From positions 64,001 through 128,000 of the forward strand of contig CAWIIV010000015.1 in the NCBI GenBank assembly GCA_963836205.1: DNA of 64,000 nt. The letters run 5' to 3'. This DNA is from an uncultured Acidimicrobiia bacterium. GTDB lineage: Bacteria > Actinomycetota > Acidimicrobiia > Acidimicrobiales > AC-14. The notes below the pieces were generated by a model. It was not told where the DNA came from. It made no database searches and saw nothing but the letters and a program-made list of their open reading frames with translations. Positions 1 to 9,074 of the stretch are shown piece after piece. Positions within the stretch are counted from its first letter, which is position 1. Each line of letters begins with the position of its first letter. The translations under genes were made by a program, and so were the position numbers.

Positions 1-225
1 TCCCCCCGGGCCCGAGCGGCGGCGGGCGGCGGCGTGCTCGTCCCCGGCCCGCCAGGGGCGGCGGCCACCAGGGGCGTAGCGTCGGCGGCGCCCACCGCAC
101 CCGCAAGCCCAGCCGGATCCGCAACCGCATCCGCATCCGCATCCGCAGCGACGCCGGCGCCTCGCCCCCGGGGAGCGCCGGTGAGAACCCCACCGCGACC
201 ACGCAAGAAGCGACGGAGGAGATGA
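1..225 (+). CDS. C-terminal tail of a gene truncated by the window edge (Ala/Pro-rich, ends PRPRKKRRRR; possibly a SecF-like tail)
   Basis: Frame 1 is open from base 1 to TGA at 225, which overlaps the next ATG (ATGA). Identity is a guess. Confidence 0.4.
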   Translation, partial: SPRARAAAGGGVLVPGPPGAAATRGVASAAPTAPASPAGSATASASASAATPAPRPRGAPVRTPPRPRKKRRRR

Positions 226-713
226 CCGTGTCCGAGGCAATCCACGAGCAGGAGCTTCCCGGCATCGGCAAGCGCTACGACCAGTCCACCGAGGACGGGC
301 TGATCAGCGTGGTCATCCACCACAGCGGGCGCCGCGACCTGTACGTCACCGAGAAGGCCGGTCGAAAGCCGACGCCGACGGTGATCACCCTCACCGACGA
401 CCAGGCCCGGCGGCTGGGCGCGGTGCTCGCCGGCGCCTACTTCCAGCCGACGGTGGCCCAGCGCATCGAGGCCGTCGTGGGCGGGCTGGTGATCGACTGG
501 GTGACCATGCGCACCGACTCGCCCGGTGTCGAGCGCAGCATCGCCGACCTCGAGGTCCGCCGGAACACCCGCATGACCATCGTCGCCATACTGCGGGGCG
601 ACGAGGTGATCGTGGTGCCCGAACCGTCCGAGGTGCTCCACGCCCGGGACAAGCTGGTGGTGATCGGCCGGCCCGACGACCTCCCCGCCTTCATCCGCCA
701 CGTTGCCGGATGA
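222..713 (+). CDS. khtT: K+/H+ antiporter regulatory subunit, KhtT-like (TrkA-C/RCK_C domain)
   Basis: N-terminal EQELPGIGKRY...VVIHHSGRRDLY, LTDDQARRLGAVL, C-terminal TrkA-C domain; adjacent to a CPA2 antiporter. Confidence 0.88.
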   Translation: MTVSEAIHEQELPGIGKRYDQSTEDGLISVVIHHSGRRDLYVTEKAGRKPTPTVITLTDDQARRLGAVLAGAYFQPTVAQRIEAVVGGLVIDWVTMRTDSPGVERSIADLEVRRNTRMTIVAILRGDEVIVVPEPSEVLHARDKLVVIGRPDDLPAFIRHVAG

Positions 714-718
714 GGGGG

Positions 719-765
719 CCGAGATGGGCGGGGCCGAGATGAGCCCGCCGAGATGAGCCCGCCGG
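719..765 (+). repeat. Short tandem repeat (CCGAGATGAGCCCG-like, about 3 copies)
   Basis: ccgagatgggcgggg-ccgagatgagcccg-ccgagatgagcccg between khtT and khtU. Confidence 0.6.
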
Positions 766-766
766 C

Positions 767-2029
767 ATGATCCTCGCCGCCGCGCCGGAGGTCGGGCGGG
801 AGCTGGTCGCGCTCGGCGGCGCCCTGCTGGTGGCGGCCGCCCTGGCTCGCGCCGGGCGTCGCATCCGCCTGCCGACGATCCCCCTGTTCATGGCCGCCGG
901 CATCCTGTCCGGACCCCACACCCCGGGGCCGGTGCTCTTCCGCGACCCGGCCGACGTGGGCCTGCTGGCCACCATCGGGCTGGTCCTGCTCCTCTTCCAT
1001 CTGGGCCTGGAGTTTTCTGTCGACGACCTGGCCGCGGGCGGGCGCAAGCTCGCGCTCGCCGGCGCCTTCTACCTGTTCCTCAACGTCGGCCTCGGCCTTC
1101 TCCTCGGCACCGCCTTGGGCTGGGGCGGGCGGGAGACGCTCGTCATCGCCGGCATCGTCGGGATCTCGTCGTCGGCCATCGTCACCAAGCTGCTCGTCGA
1201 GCTGCGGCGGCTGGCCAACCGGGAGACGGGCATGCTCCTCGGGATCATCGTGGTGGAGGACGTCTTCCTCGCCCTCTACCTCGCCCTCCTCCAGCCGGTG
1301 CTGGGCGACAGCCCGGGCGGCCTCGACGCCGTCCTCACCGTCGGACGGGCCCTGCTGTTCCTGCTCCTCATGTTCGCCGTCGCCCGCTGGGGACGGGGCC
1401 CGGTCGGACGCCTCCTGTCCACCCGCGACGACGAGCTGCTCACGGTGTGCTTCGTGGGCTTCGCCATCCTGGTCGCGGGGGTGGCCGCCAACGTGGGGGT
1501 GTCGGAGGCGATCGGCGCCTTCCTGGCCGGCCAGATCGTGGCCGGGACGGTGGTGGCCCAGCGGATCGAGCACCTGGTCCTGCCCATCCGCGACCTGCTG
1601 GCGGCCATCTTCTTCTTCGCCTTCGGGCTGTCGGTCGACCCCGCCGCCCTGGCCGACGTCGCCCTCCCGGTGGCGGCGGCGGTGGCGGTCACCATCTTCG
1701 GCAACCTGGTGGCGGGCATCGTGGCCGCCCGCCTGCAACGCTTCGGACCCCTCGAGGCGGCCAACATCGGCCTGAGCGTCCTGGCCCGGGGCGAGTTCTC
1801 GCTGATCCTGGCCAGCCTGGCCGTCGTGGCCGGCCTCGACGGCCGCCTCGGGCCCTTCGCCGCCGCTTACGTGCTCGTCCTCGCCATCGCCGGACCCCTG
1901 GCCGCGTCCCGGTCCGACGTGCTCGCCCGCCTTCTCCCCCGCCGTCTGTTTACCCGCCGGGTAGGTTCGGACGAAGGGAGTCCCCCACATCTCGTCCCGC
2001 CTGCCCCCACCGGAGGAGCGATCCCATGA
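767..2029 (+). CDS. khtU: Cation:proton antiporter, CPA2 family (KhtU-like)
   Basis: About 12 TM helices; motifs LLFHLGLEFS, ISSSAIVTKLL, GIIVVED, ARGEFS. Confidence 0.88.
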   Translation: MILAAAPEVGRELVALGGALLVAAALARAGRRIRLPTIPLFMAAGILSGPHTPGPVLFRDPADVGLLATIGLVLLLFHLGLEFSVDDLAAGGRKLALAGAFYLFLNVGLGLLLGTALGWGGRETLVIAGIVGISSSAIVTKLLVELRRLANRETGMLLGIIVVEDVFLALYLALLQPVLGDSPGGLDAVLTVGRALLFLLLMFAVARWGRGPVGRLLSTRDDELLTVCFVGFAILVAGVAANVGVSEAIGAFLAGQIVAGTVVAQRIEHLVLPIRDLLAAIFFFAFGLSVDPAALADVALPVAAAVAVTIFGNLVAGIVAARLQRFGPLEAANIGLSVLARGEFSLILASLAVVAGLDGRLGPFAAAYVLVLAIAGPLAASRSDVLARLLPRRLFTRRVGSDEGSPPHLVPPAPTGGAIP

Positions 2030-2454
2030 CCCCCCGAACCCGGACCGAGCCCCGTTCGACCCCACTCCGCAGCCCGCACCAGGCGGTGGGGCTGTTCCTG
2101 GGGACGGCCGTGCTGGCCGTGCTCATCGTGGCGCCGGCCCTGGCCCCGGCCAGCTTCGTGCCGGCCCTCACCATCGACAACGCCACGCCGTTCGACGTCA
2201 ACGTCGACGTCACCGCAGGCGCGGGCGAGGGGTGGTTCCACCTGGGAACCATCGAGCGGGAGGCGGAGAACGTCCTCGAGGAGGTCACCGATCCCGGCCC
2301 CACGTGGGTGTTCCGCTTCACCTACGGCGGTATCGAAGGGGGCGAGCTGGCGATGGCGCGGTCGGACCTGCGGGAGGCGGGGTGGTACTTGGCCGTCCCC
2401 ATCGAGGTCGGCCAGGCGCTGACCGCGGCCGGCTTCGTGCCTTCCGCCAGCTGA
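2026..2454 (+). CDS. Hypothetical membrane-anchored/secreted protein
   Basis: ATGA overlap with khtU; one N-terminal TM helix followed by a beta-rich domain; GC3-biased codons. Confidence 0.65.
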   Translation: MTPRTRTEPRSTPLRSPHQAVGLFLGTAVLAVLIVAPALAPASFVPALTIDNATPFDVNVDVTAGAGEGWFHLGTIEREAENVLEEVTDPGPTWVFRFTYGGIEGGELAMARSDLREAGWYLAVPIEVGQALTAAGFVPSAS

Positions 2455-2467
2455 GCCCAGGCCCCGG

Positions 2468-3943
2468 TCACGCCGCCGCGTCGGGCGCGTCCCGGCTGGC
2501 CAGGCAGGGGTCGTGGCAGGGCTGGAGCATGCTCGGTTGGGACGATTCCCGCACCGTGGCCCCGCCCCGGATGGTGACGAAGGCCACCAGTCCCCCGGCC
2601 ATGGAAAGGGCGCTGCCGGCGATGAGCGCCTGGCGGACGCCATCGGCGATGGTGTCCGCCCCCGCGGTGAGGTCGAGGCCGACGGCGGCGGGCAGGACGG
2701 CGACGGCCAGCAGTCCCGCCACCCGCGCCACCGCGTTGTTCACGCCCGAGGCCACGCCCATGCGGGTGTCGTCGACCGCGGCCAGCACCGCCGAGGTGAG
2801 GGGGGCGACGGTGGTCGACAGGCCCAGCCCGAACACCGCCACCGCCGGGAGGACGTCGGTGAGGTAGCCGTCGCCCGGCCCCACCCGGGAGAGCAGGGCC
2901 AGCCCCGCGGCCACGACGACGGGGCCGACCGTCATCGGGGTCCGGGGCCCGATGCGCTGGGCCAGCGCCCCCATGCGGGACGAGAGCAGGAGCATGATCA
3001 TGGTCACCGGCAGCATCGACGCCCCCGCCTCCAGGGCCGAGTAGCCGAGCGCGAGCTGGAGTTCGAGGACCAGGAGGAACATCGTCCCGCCCAGGGCGGC
3101 GTAGATGGCCAGGGTGGTGAGGTTGGCCCCGGTGAACTGCCGCGACCGGAAGATGTCGAGCGGCAACATCGGCCGCCGGCTGCTCCGCTCGATGAGGACG
3201 AACGCGATCAGGGCGGCCACTCCCAACCCCGCGGCGGCGGCCTCCACCGGGCCGAACCCGCCCGCCCCCTCGATGAGGGCGAAGGAGACGGCGGCCAATC
3301 CCACGGAGATGGTGACCGCCCCGGCCACGTCGGGTGGGGCGTGGGACGGTTGAGGCCGGGGCTCGGGCACGTGCCGCAGGGTGATGAGGCCGGCGGCGGC
3401 GGCCAGGGGCAGGTTGATGACGAAGATCAGCCGCCACGACACGGACTCCACCAGCCAGCCCCCGAGGAAGGGTCCGATGGCGGAGGAGGCGCCGGCCAGG
3501 GCCGACCACGCCCCGATGGCCCGGGCCCGGTCGTCGGCGTGGAAGGTGGAGGAGAGGATGGCCAGGCTGCCGGGGACGAGCATGGCCGCGCCCACCCCCT
3601 GGACGGCCCGGGCGGCCACCAGGGTGGCGGTGTTGGGCGCGAGCCCGCACAGGAGGGAGGCCGCGGTGAAGGCGACCATGCCCTGCAGGTAGACCCGCCG
3701 CCGCCCGTACTGGTCGCCCAGGGACCCACCGAGGAGGAGCAGGCTCGACATGGTGACGAGGTAGGCGTTGAGGGTCCACTGGAGCCCGGAGAGGCCGGCG
3801 CCGAGATCCTCGCCGATCGCGGGCAGGGCCACGTTGACGACGGTGCCGTCGAGGAACGCCAACCCCGAGCCGAGCACGGTGGCGGCGATGACCCACCGGC
3901 CGGTGGAGCTCCCGAAACGGACGTCAGGCCGCGTGGTCGCCAT
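2468..3943 (-). CDS. MFS transporter, DHA2 (EmrB/QacA) family
   Basis: LAFLDGTVVNVALP, GSLGDQYGRRR, WRLIFVINLP; 14 TM helices. Confidence 0.92.
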   Translation of the reverse strand: MATTRPDVRFGSSTGRWVIAATVLGSGLAFLDGTVVNVALPAIGEDLGAGLSGLQWTLNAYLVTMSSLLLLGGSLGDQYGRRRVYLQGMVAFTAASLLCGLAPNTATLVAARAVQGVGAAMLVPGSLAILSSTFHADDRARAIGAWSALAGASSAIGPFLGGWLVESVSWRLIFVINLPLAAAAGLITLRHVPEPRPQPSHAPPDVAGAVTISVGLAAVSFALIEGAGGFGPVEAAAAGLGVAALIAFVLIERSSRRPMLPLDIFRSRQFTGANLTTLAIYAALGGTMFLLVLELQLALGYSALEAGASMLPVTMIMLLLSSRMGALAQRIGPRTPMTVGPVVVAAGLALLSRVGPGDGYLTDVLPAVAVFGLGLSTTVAPLTSAVLAAVDDTRMGVASGVNNAVARVAGLLAVAVLPAAVGLDLTAGADTIADGVRQALIAGSALSMAGGLVAFVTIRGGATVRESSQPSMLQPCHDPCLASRDAPDAAA

Positions 3944-3961
3944 GCGTCGGCCCAGGGCGGG

Positions 3962-4798
3962 TCAGCCGAAGCCCCGGTTGTCCTGCTTGAGGGCGGTGTC
4001 GACGCTCAGGGCGGAGGCCACCACCAGGCTGCGCAGGGGCTCGTCGAGCAGGCGCTTGATCTGCACGACGTAGTTGTCGGCGGTGGTGAACATGGTCTTG
4101 GCCAAGCCTTCCCACGTCTTGGTGATGCGGGCGATCTCCTGGCCCTGCGCGTCCTGGATGTTGAAGTTCCAGGCCCGCCAGTTCTCGGCGTTGATCGACC
4201 CCAGCTTGCGCCCGCCCGCCTCCAGGCCGAAGCGGATCTTGCCCACCATGTTCTCCTGGACGATCTGGCCGATCTCGTGGCCCGACCCGTCCTCGACCAC
4301 GATGCGGGACTTGACCAGCTTGGCCGGCCGGGTGAGGGCGAGCACCGGCATGCCCGACATGTCGACGATCTGCAGCTTGTGGGTCATGAACTGGTCGAGC
4401 GAGCTGACCAGGCGCAACACCTTCTTGGCCGTGCTCTGCCCCACCTGGCGGACGGCTCCCACCTGGTTGCCGTTCTGGTCGAAGATGGCGTACTCGTTGT
4501 TAAGCTCGATGAGCTTGGCCTTCTGGTTCACCACCAGGACGGGCTCGGTGAACAGGGTGCCGCCGCCGATGCCGGGGGCACCGGTGTCGGCCTTGGCCTT
4601 GGCCACGTCGGACTGGATCTTCTCCGTCGCCCGGTTCACGGTGGGAACCTTGGACTCGCCGCCCGGGGGGTCGACCGACTGGCGCCCGTGCGACGCCACG
4701 TGCTCGGTCCACCGGGTGCCGTCGAAGTACCGCATCTCGTGCCGCCCGTAAGGGTCGGGATACCAGTCCGGGCCCTGCCGTCCACCGTTCCCGCTCAT
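3962..4798 (-). CDS. DUF2510 + phospholipid scramblase/LURP-one-like protein
   Basis: N-terminal WYPDPYGRHEMRYFDGTRWT; C-terminal scramblase-like domain ENWRAWNF...TTADNY. Confidence 0.85.
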   Translation of the reverse strand: MSGNGGRQGPDWYPDPYGRHEMRYFDGTRWTEHVASHGRQSVDPPGGESKVPTVNRATEKIQSDVAKAKADTGAPGIGGGTLFTEPVLVVNQKAKLIELNNEYAIFDQNGNQVGAVRQVGQSTAKKVLRLVSSLDQFMTHKLQIVDMSGMPVLALTRPAKLVKSRIVVEDGSGHEIGQIVQENMVGKIRFGLEAGGRKLGSINAENWRAWNFNIQDAQGQEIARITKTWEGLAKTMFTTADNYVVQIKRLLDEPLRSLVVASALSVDTALKQDNRGFG

Positions 4799-4821
4799 GG
4801 GAGAACGGTACCGCGGCCCGG

Positions 4822-5244
4822 TCAGGCGACGACCAGCGCCCCCTGCATGTTGCTCGAGGCCTGGTGGAACTTGCAGTAGTAGGGGACGGTGCCGGCCTCT
4901 GTGGGCGCGGTGATCGTGACTTCCATCCGCTGCTCGGGGCTGAGGGTGACGTTGACGGCCAGGCTGTCGATGGTGAAGGTGTGCGGCGAGCCGCCCTCGT
5001 TGAACAGCTCCAACCTGAACGCCTGTCCGGGGGTGGCGGCGATCACCGTGGGGCCGAAGTAGAAGTCGTCGAGCTCGACCTCCATCCCGTCCTTGGCCTC
5101 GGCGGTGCCGTGGTCAGGCGTGCCCGCAGGGAGAACCGACGACGACGCGGTGGTGGCGGTGGTGGCCGAGTCGCTGTCTTCGTCGTCGCCGCACCCGGCG
5201 GTCAGCAACACCGCAACGACCAGGAGGATCACGAGTTTGCGCAT
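4822..5244 (-). CDS. Cupredoxin-domain lipoprotein
   Basis: Lipobox LTAGC; type-1 Cu ligands H (PHTFT) and C-x2-H-x5-M (YYCKFHQASSNM). Confidence 0.85.
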   Translation of the reverse strand: MRKLVILLVVAVLLTAGCGDDEDSDSATTATTASSSVLPAGTPDHGTAEAKDGMEVELDDFYFGPTVIAATPGQAFRLELFNEGGSPHTFTIDSLAVNVTLSPEQRMEVTITAPTEAGTVPYYCKFHQASSNMQGALVVA

Positions 5245-5253
5245 GTCGCTCCT

Positions 5254-5281
5254 TACGTGCGGCTCGGACCGGAGGGATTGG
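5254..5281 (-). promoter_or_regulatory. Putative ECF (SigK-like) promoter for the cupredoxin gene
   Basis: CCAATCC-N17-CGTA on the minus strand just upstream of RBS AAGGAG, divergent from the ECF sigma gene. Confidence 0.55.
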
Positions 5282-5334
5282 GCGGTCCCCGATGGCGATC
5301 CCTTCGGGCCCCCCGGCCGTAGCATTGCATCGAC

Positions 5335-5907
5335 ATGTGGGGTGCCGCCGATGACGCGCTGCTGGCTGGTTTCGGCATGGGCGATGCCGAGGCCGCCACC
5401 GCCTTCGTCCGCCGCCACCAGGCCCGGGTCTTCGGGCTGGCCCGCTCCATCGTGGGCGATCCGGCCCTGGCCGAGGACGTGGCCCAGGAGGCGTTCGTGC
5501 GGGCCTGGCGCCACGCTGCCGCCTATGACGCCCGCCGCGGGTCGGTGACCACCTGGCTGCTGGCCATCACCCGCAACCTGGCCATCGACGCCCTCCGCCT
5601 CCACCGGCCGTCGCCCGTCGACCCCGCCACCCTGGCCGGCTTCGAGGCCCGGCCGGCGGGGCCGCCCGACGCCCCCGGGACCGCGGTCGAAGTCGCGTCC
5701 GACATGGCCCGCCTGCGCTCGGCCCTCGCCGGGCTCCCCGAGGAGCAACGGCGGGCGGTGGTGCTGGCCGCCCTGTGCGGGCGCACGGCCAAGGAGGTCG
5801 GGGAGACCGAGGGCATCCCCTTGGGGACGGCCAAGACCCGGATCCGCACCGGCCTGCTGCGTGTCCGTCACGCCATGGGCGTCCGCCGGGAGGCCGATTC
5901 CCCGTGA
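5335..5907 (+). CDS. ECF RNA polymerase sigma factor (SigK-like)
   Basis: AEDVAQEAFVRAWR, YDARRGSVTTWLLAITRNLAID, IPLGTAKTRIR. Confidence 0.92.
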   Translation: MWGAADDALLAGFGMGDAEAATAFVRRHQARVFGLARSIVGDPALAEDVAQEAFVRAWRHAAAYDARRGSVTTWLLAITRNLAIDALRLHRPSPVDPATLAGFEARPAGPPDAPGTAVEVASDMARLRSALAGLPEEQRRAVVLAALCGRTAKEVGETEGIPLGTAKTRIRTGLLRVRHAMGVRREADSP

Positions 5908-5934
5908 CTCGCCACTCCCCGCCGCCGCCAAGCA

Positions 5935-6110
5935 GCCGTCGATTGTGCAGTTGTGTCGGTATATCCACCACAACTGCACACGCAAGTGACGACGGGCGGC
6001 GGGCGTGCGGAATCGGCGGTCCATCGGCCACAACTGGACACCCGACTGACGGCGGGCGGCGAGGGTGCGGAAACGCCCGTCGATCCGGCACGTCAGCACA
6101 CTCGGCTGGG
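5935..6110. repeat. Intergenic hairpin plus two ~59-bp imperfect direct repeats (REP/MITE-like)
   Basis: TGTGCAGTTGTG...CACAACTGCACA hairpin at 5944-5980; the unit ccacaactg(c/g)acac...tgacg.cgggcggcg...gtgcggaa occurs twice. Confidence 0.6.
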
Positions 6111-6121
6111 GGTGGGCGGGC

Positions 6122-6832
6122 GTGAGCGGGGGACGGCCGCCGGCGTGCGGCGGGAGCGAGGGGTGGGGGGCGGAGCTCGCCCTCGGGCTGCTGTCCGGTC
6201 CGGAGCGGGCGGCGGGCCTTTCCCACCTGGCCGGCTGTCCGAGCTGCCGGGAGCAGGTGGACGAGCTGGCCCGGGTGGCCGACCACCTGCTCCTGCTGGC
6301 GCCGGAGGCCGAGCCGCCGGCCGGGTTCGAGTCGCGGGTGCTGGCCGCGGTCGGATCGGCCGCCACCGAGGGCGTAGTCCCCGTTGCCCCTGGTGGCCGT
6401 GGACTCGGCCGGGGCCGGCGGGTCGGCGTGGTCGCGGCCCTGGTGGCGGCGGCCCTCGGTGGCGGCGTGCTCGCCAGCACGATCCGATCCCCCGGCCCCC
6501 ACGATCCCACCGCCCTCCGCACCGGCCTGGCGGTGTCGGCCAGCGGGCGGGTGAGCTGCCGGGTGGTGGTGTCGGGCGACCGACCCGCGTCGGTACTCGT
6601 CAGCCTCGATGGCTACCCCGGCGACGACACCGACGTCAGCGTGGAGATGGTGACGGTGACGGGCGACGTGGTGCCGGTCGGACCGGTTCACGTCACCGGC
6701 GGCCACGGCTTGCTGGTGAGCACCCTCGACCTCGACGCCAAGTCCCTGGGCTTGATGCGCATGCTCAACCGGGAGGGCAAGGTCATCTACGAGGCCACCA
6801 TCCACGACCACCACACCTTCACCGCCCGCTGA
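6122..6832 (+). CDS. Zinc-binding anti-sigma factor (ZAS, RskA-like)
   Basis: HLAGCPSC (HxxxCxxC), one TM helix, extracytoplasmic domain; downstream of the ECF sigma. Start inferred at GTG 6122. Confidence 0.82.
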   Translation: MSGGRPPACGGSEGWGAELALGLLSGPERAAGLSHLAGCPSCREQVDELARVADHLLLLAPEAEPPAGFESRVLAAVGSAATEGVVPVAPGGRGLGRGRRVGVVAALVAAALGGGVLASTIRSPGPHDPTALRTGLAVSASGRVSCRVVVSGDRPASVLVSLDGYPGDDTDVSVEMVTVTGDVVPVGPVHVTGGHGLLVSTLDLDAKSLGLMRMLNREGKVIYEATIHDHHTFTAR

Positions 6833-6887
6833 TCCCATCCCCCACTGATCCCAGCCCTTACTGATCCCAGCCCTTACTGATCCCAGG
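6830..6887 (+). repeat. 16-bp tandem repeat (ACTGATCCCAGCCCTT, about 3.5 copies)
   Basis: tgatcccatccccc-actgatcccagccctt-actgatcccagccctt-actgatcccagg. Confidence 0.75.
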
Positions 6888-6891
6888 ACGA

Positions 6892-7881
6892 GTGGCCGAC
6901 CCCGATCCCATCCCGCCGACCATCGAGTGGCACGACGGCCGCGTCCGGATGATCGACCAGCGCCGCCTCCCGGGCGAGCTGGTGCTGCTGGAGGCGTCCA
7001 CCGTCGAGGAGTTGTGCGCCGCCATCCGCGTCCTCGCCGTCCGGGGTGCCCCCGCCCTCGGCGTGGCCGGAGCGATGGGCATGGCCCTGGCCGCAGAGGC
7101 CGGACTCGACCTCGACGACGCCGCCGCCGCCATCTGCGCCACCCGGCCCACGGCGGTGAACCTGGCCTGGGGCGTCGCCCGGGCCCGGGCCGCGGCCGAC
7201 CCCCTGGCCGAGGCCCAGGCCGTGGCCGCCGAGGACGTGGCCCGCAACCGCCGGCTCGGCGCCCACGGGGCGATCCTCGTGCCAATCGGGGGCCGGGTGT
7301 TGACCCACTGCAACGCGGGCGCCCTCGCCTGCGCCGGCTACGGCACCGCCCTCGGCGTGATCAGGGCCGCCCACGAGCAGGGACGCACGCCCAGCGTATG
7401 GGTCGACGAGACCCGCCCCGTCCTCCAGGGCTCCCGCCTCACCGCGTGGGAGCTCGACCGCCTCGGGATCCCCGCCACCCTGGTGGCCGACGGGATGGCG
7501 GCCGGGCTCATGGCCGGGGGCGAGGTCGACTGCGTGGTGGTGGGCGCCGACCGGATCGCGGCCAACGGCGACGTGGCGAACAAGGTCGGCACCTACGGGG
7601 TGGCGGTGCTGGCCGCCTACCACGGGGTTCCCTTCTACGTGGCCGCCCCCACGTCAACCGTCGACCTCGCCTGCCCGAGCGGGGCCGACATCCCGATCGA
7701 GCAGCGGCCGGCAGAGGAGGTCACCACCCTGGCCGGCCACCGCGTCGCCCCCATCGGGATGGCCGTCGACAACCGGGCGTTCGACGTCACACCCGCGGCC
7801 CTGGTGACCGCCATCGTCACCGAGGAGGGCATCGCCCGCCCCCCGTACGCCGAGTCCCTGGCCGAGCTCTGCCGCCGGTAG
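6892..7881 (+). CDS. mtnA: S-methyl-5-thioribose-1-phosphate isomerase
   Basis: [56 protein letters not shown]. Confidence 0.95.
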   Translation: MADPDPIPPTIEWHDGRVRMIDQRRLPGELVLLEASTVEELCAAIRVLAVRGAPALGVAGAMGMALAAEAGLDLDDAAAAICATRPTAVNLAWGVARARAAADPLAEAQAVAAEDVARNRRLGAHGAILVPIGGRVLTHCNAGALACAGYGTALGVIRAAHEQGRTPSVWVDETRPVLQGSRLTAWELDRLGIPATLVADGMAAGLMAGGEVDCVVVGADRIAANGDVANKVGTYGVAVLAAYHGVPFYVAAPTSTVDLACPSGADIPIEQRPAEEVTTLAGHRVAPIGMAVDNRAFDVTPAALVTAIVTEEGIARPPYAESLAELCRR

Positions 7882-7976
7882 GGGTCAGGGCCGGGTGAGG
7901 GCGAAGCGGACGTGGGCCAGCCACGCACCCCCACCCGTCGGCCGGGAACCTGTCTCCGAGGCGGATGTGAATCGAC

Positions 7977-8672
7977 TCAGAACAGGCTGGCCGGCTCCTC
8001 CGCCTCGGCCAGCAGGTCGGGGCCGTCGTTGGCCACGCTGTTCACCCGCGACCCCACCGGATGCAGGCGGAGGTAACCGGGCTCGGCCGGGCGCAGCAGG
8101 GGCAGGACCTGGTCTGGGTCGACGACGGCCGGATCGAGCCAGCGGGCCCGGTCCTCGTCCGACAACAGCACCGCCGGCATGCGGTCGTGCAGGCGACCAA
8201 CGTCGTCGTTGGCCGCCACGGTCACGATGGTAACCGTCACCAGGGCCTCGCCGTCGGGCGCGACCCACCGGTCCCAGAGCCCAGCGAGCACCAGCGGCCC
8301 GCCGTCGTCGGGGGTGACGAACCACGGTTGGCGGCCGCTCGGCAGCCGTCGCCACTCGTAGAACCCGTCGACCGGGACCAGGCCGCGGCGATGGGCGACG
8401 AGGTCGGCGAAGGCGGGCCGTTCCAGCAGCGACTCCGCCCGGGCGTTGATCGGTCGCGGCCCCGACGTGGGGTCGGTCGACCACGAGGGCACAAGTCCCC
8501 ACCGCATCAGTCCGAGGCGGCGGGTGCCGGCCCGGGTCGCGACCACCACGTAGAGGTCCCGCCCGGGAGCCACGTTCCAACTGGGCGGGAGCTCGGGCGC
8601 CACCACCTCGTCCACCTGCAGCCAGCCGACCAGCTGGCTGACCGAGCTGCTGGAAACGACACGGCCGCACAC
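7977..8672 (-). CDS. SOS response-associated peptidase (SRAP/YedK, abasic-site protein)
   Basis: Starts MCGR (catalytic Cys2); WNVAP, RWGLVP, INARAE, GFYEW, HDRMP. Confidence 0.92.
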   Translation of the reverse strand: MCGRVVSSSSVSQLVGWLQVDEVVAPELPPSWNVAPGRDLYVVVATRAGTRRLGLMRWGLVPSWSTDPTSGPRPINARAESLLERPAFADLVAHRRGLVPVDGFYEWRRLPSGRQPWFVTPDDGGPLVLAGLWDRWVAPDGEALVTVTIVTVAANDDVGRLHDRMPAVLLSDEDRARWLDPAVVDPDQVLPLLRPAEPGYLRLHPVGSRVNSVANDGPDLLAEAEEPASLF

Positions 8673-8719
8673 CCCTCTCAGGGTATGCGGCCGGATCGCT
8701 CCCGAAGGAGATCTGCGAG

Positions 8720-8998
8720 CTACACGCGGACGCCGCCGCGGCGGCTGCTGACGGCCCTGTAGATGAGCAGGACGATGATCGCCCCGATCACCGATCCGAG
8801 GATGCCGACCGGGTGGATCCCGAGGTCCTCGGCGTCGCTGCGGAAGAGGGCGTCGGCCAGGAACCCGCCGACGAACGAGCCGACGATGCCAAGCACGATG
8901 GTGGCGCCGATGCCCATCGGGTCGCGTCCCGGGACGAGGAAGCGAGCGAGGGCTCCGGCGACGAGTCCGACCACGATGAGTCCGAGGATGAAGAGCAT
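8720..8998 (-). CDS. GlsB/YeaQ/YmgE family stress-response membrane protein
   Basis: GLVAGALARFLVPGRDPMG...LGIVGSFVGG; 3 TM helices; RBS AGGAG. Confidence 0.9.
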   Translation of the reverse strand: MLFILGLIVVGLVAGALARFLVPGRDPMGIGATIVLGIVGSFVGGFLADALFRSDAEDLGIHPVGILGSVIGAIIVLLIYRAVSSRRGGVRV

Positions 8999-9074
8999 TT
9001 CGGTTCTCCTGTTCGAAAGCGACCTGACGTGTGGGAAGTAGGTTCCCGCCGCCCCGGGGGTGCAAACTCGCCCG

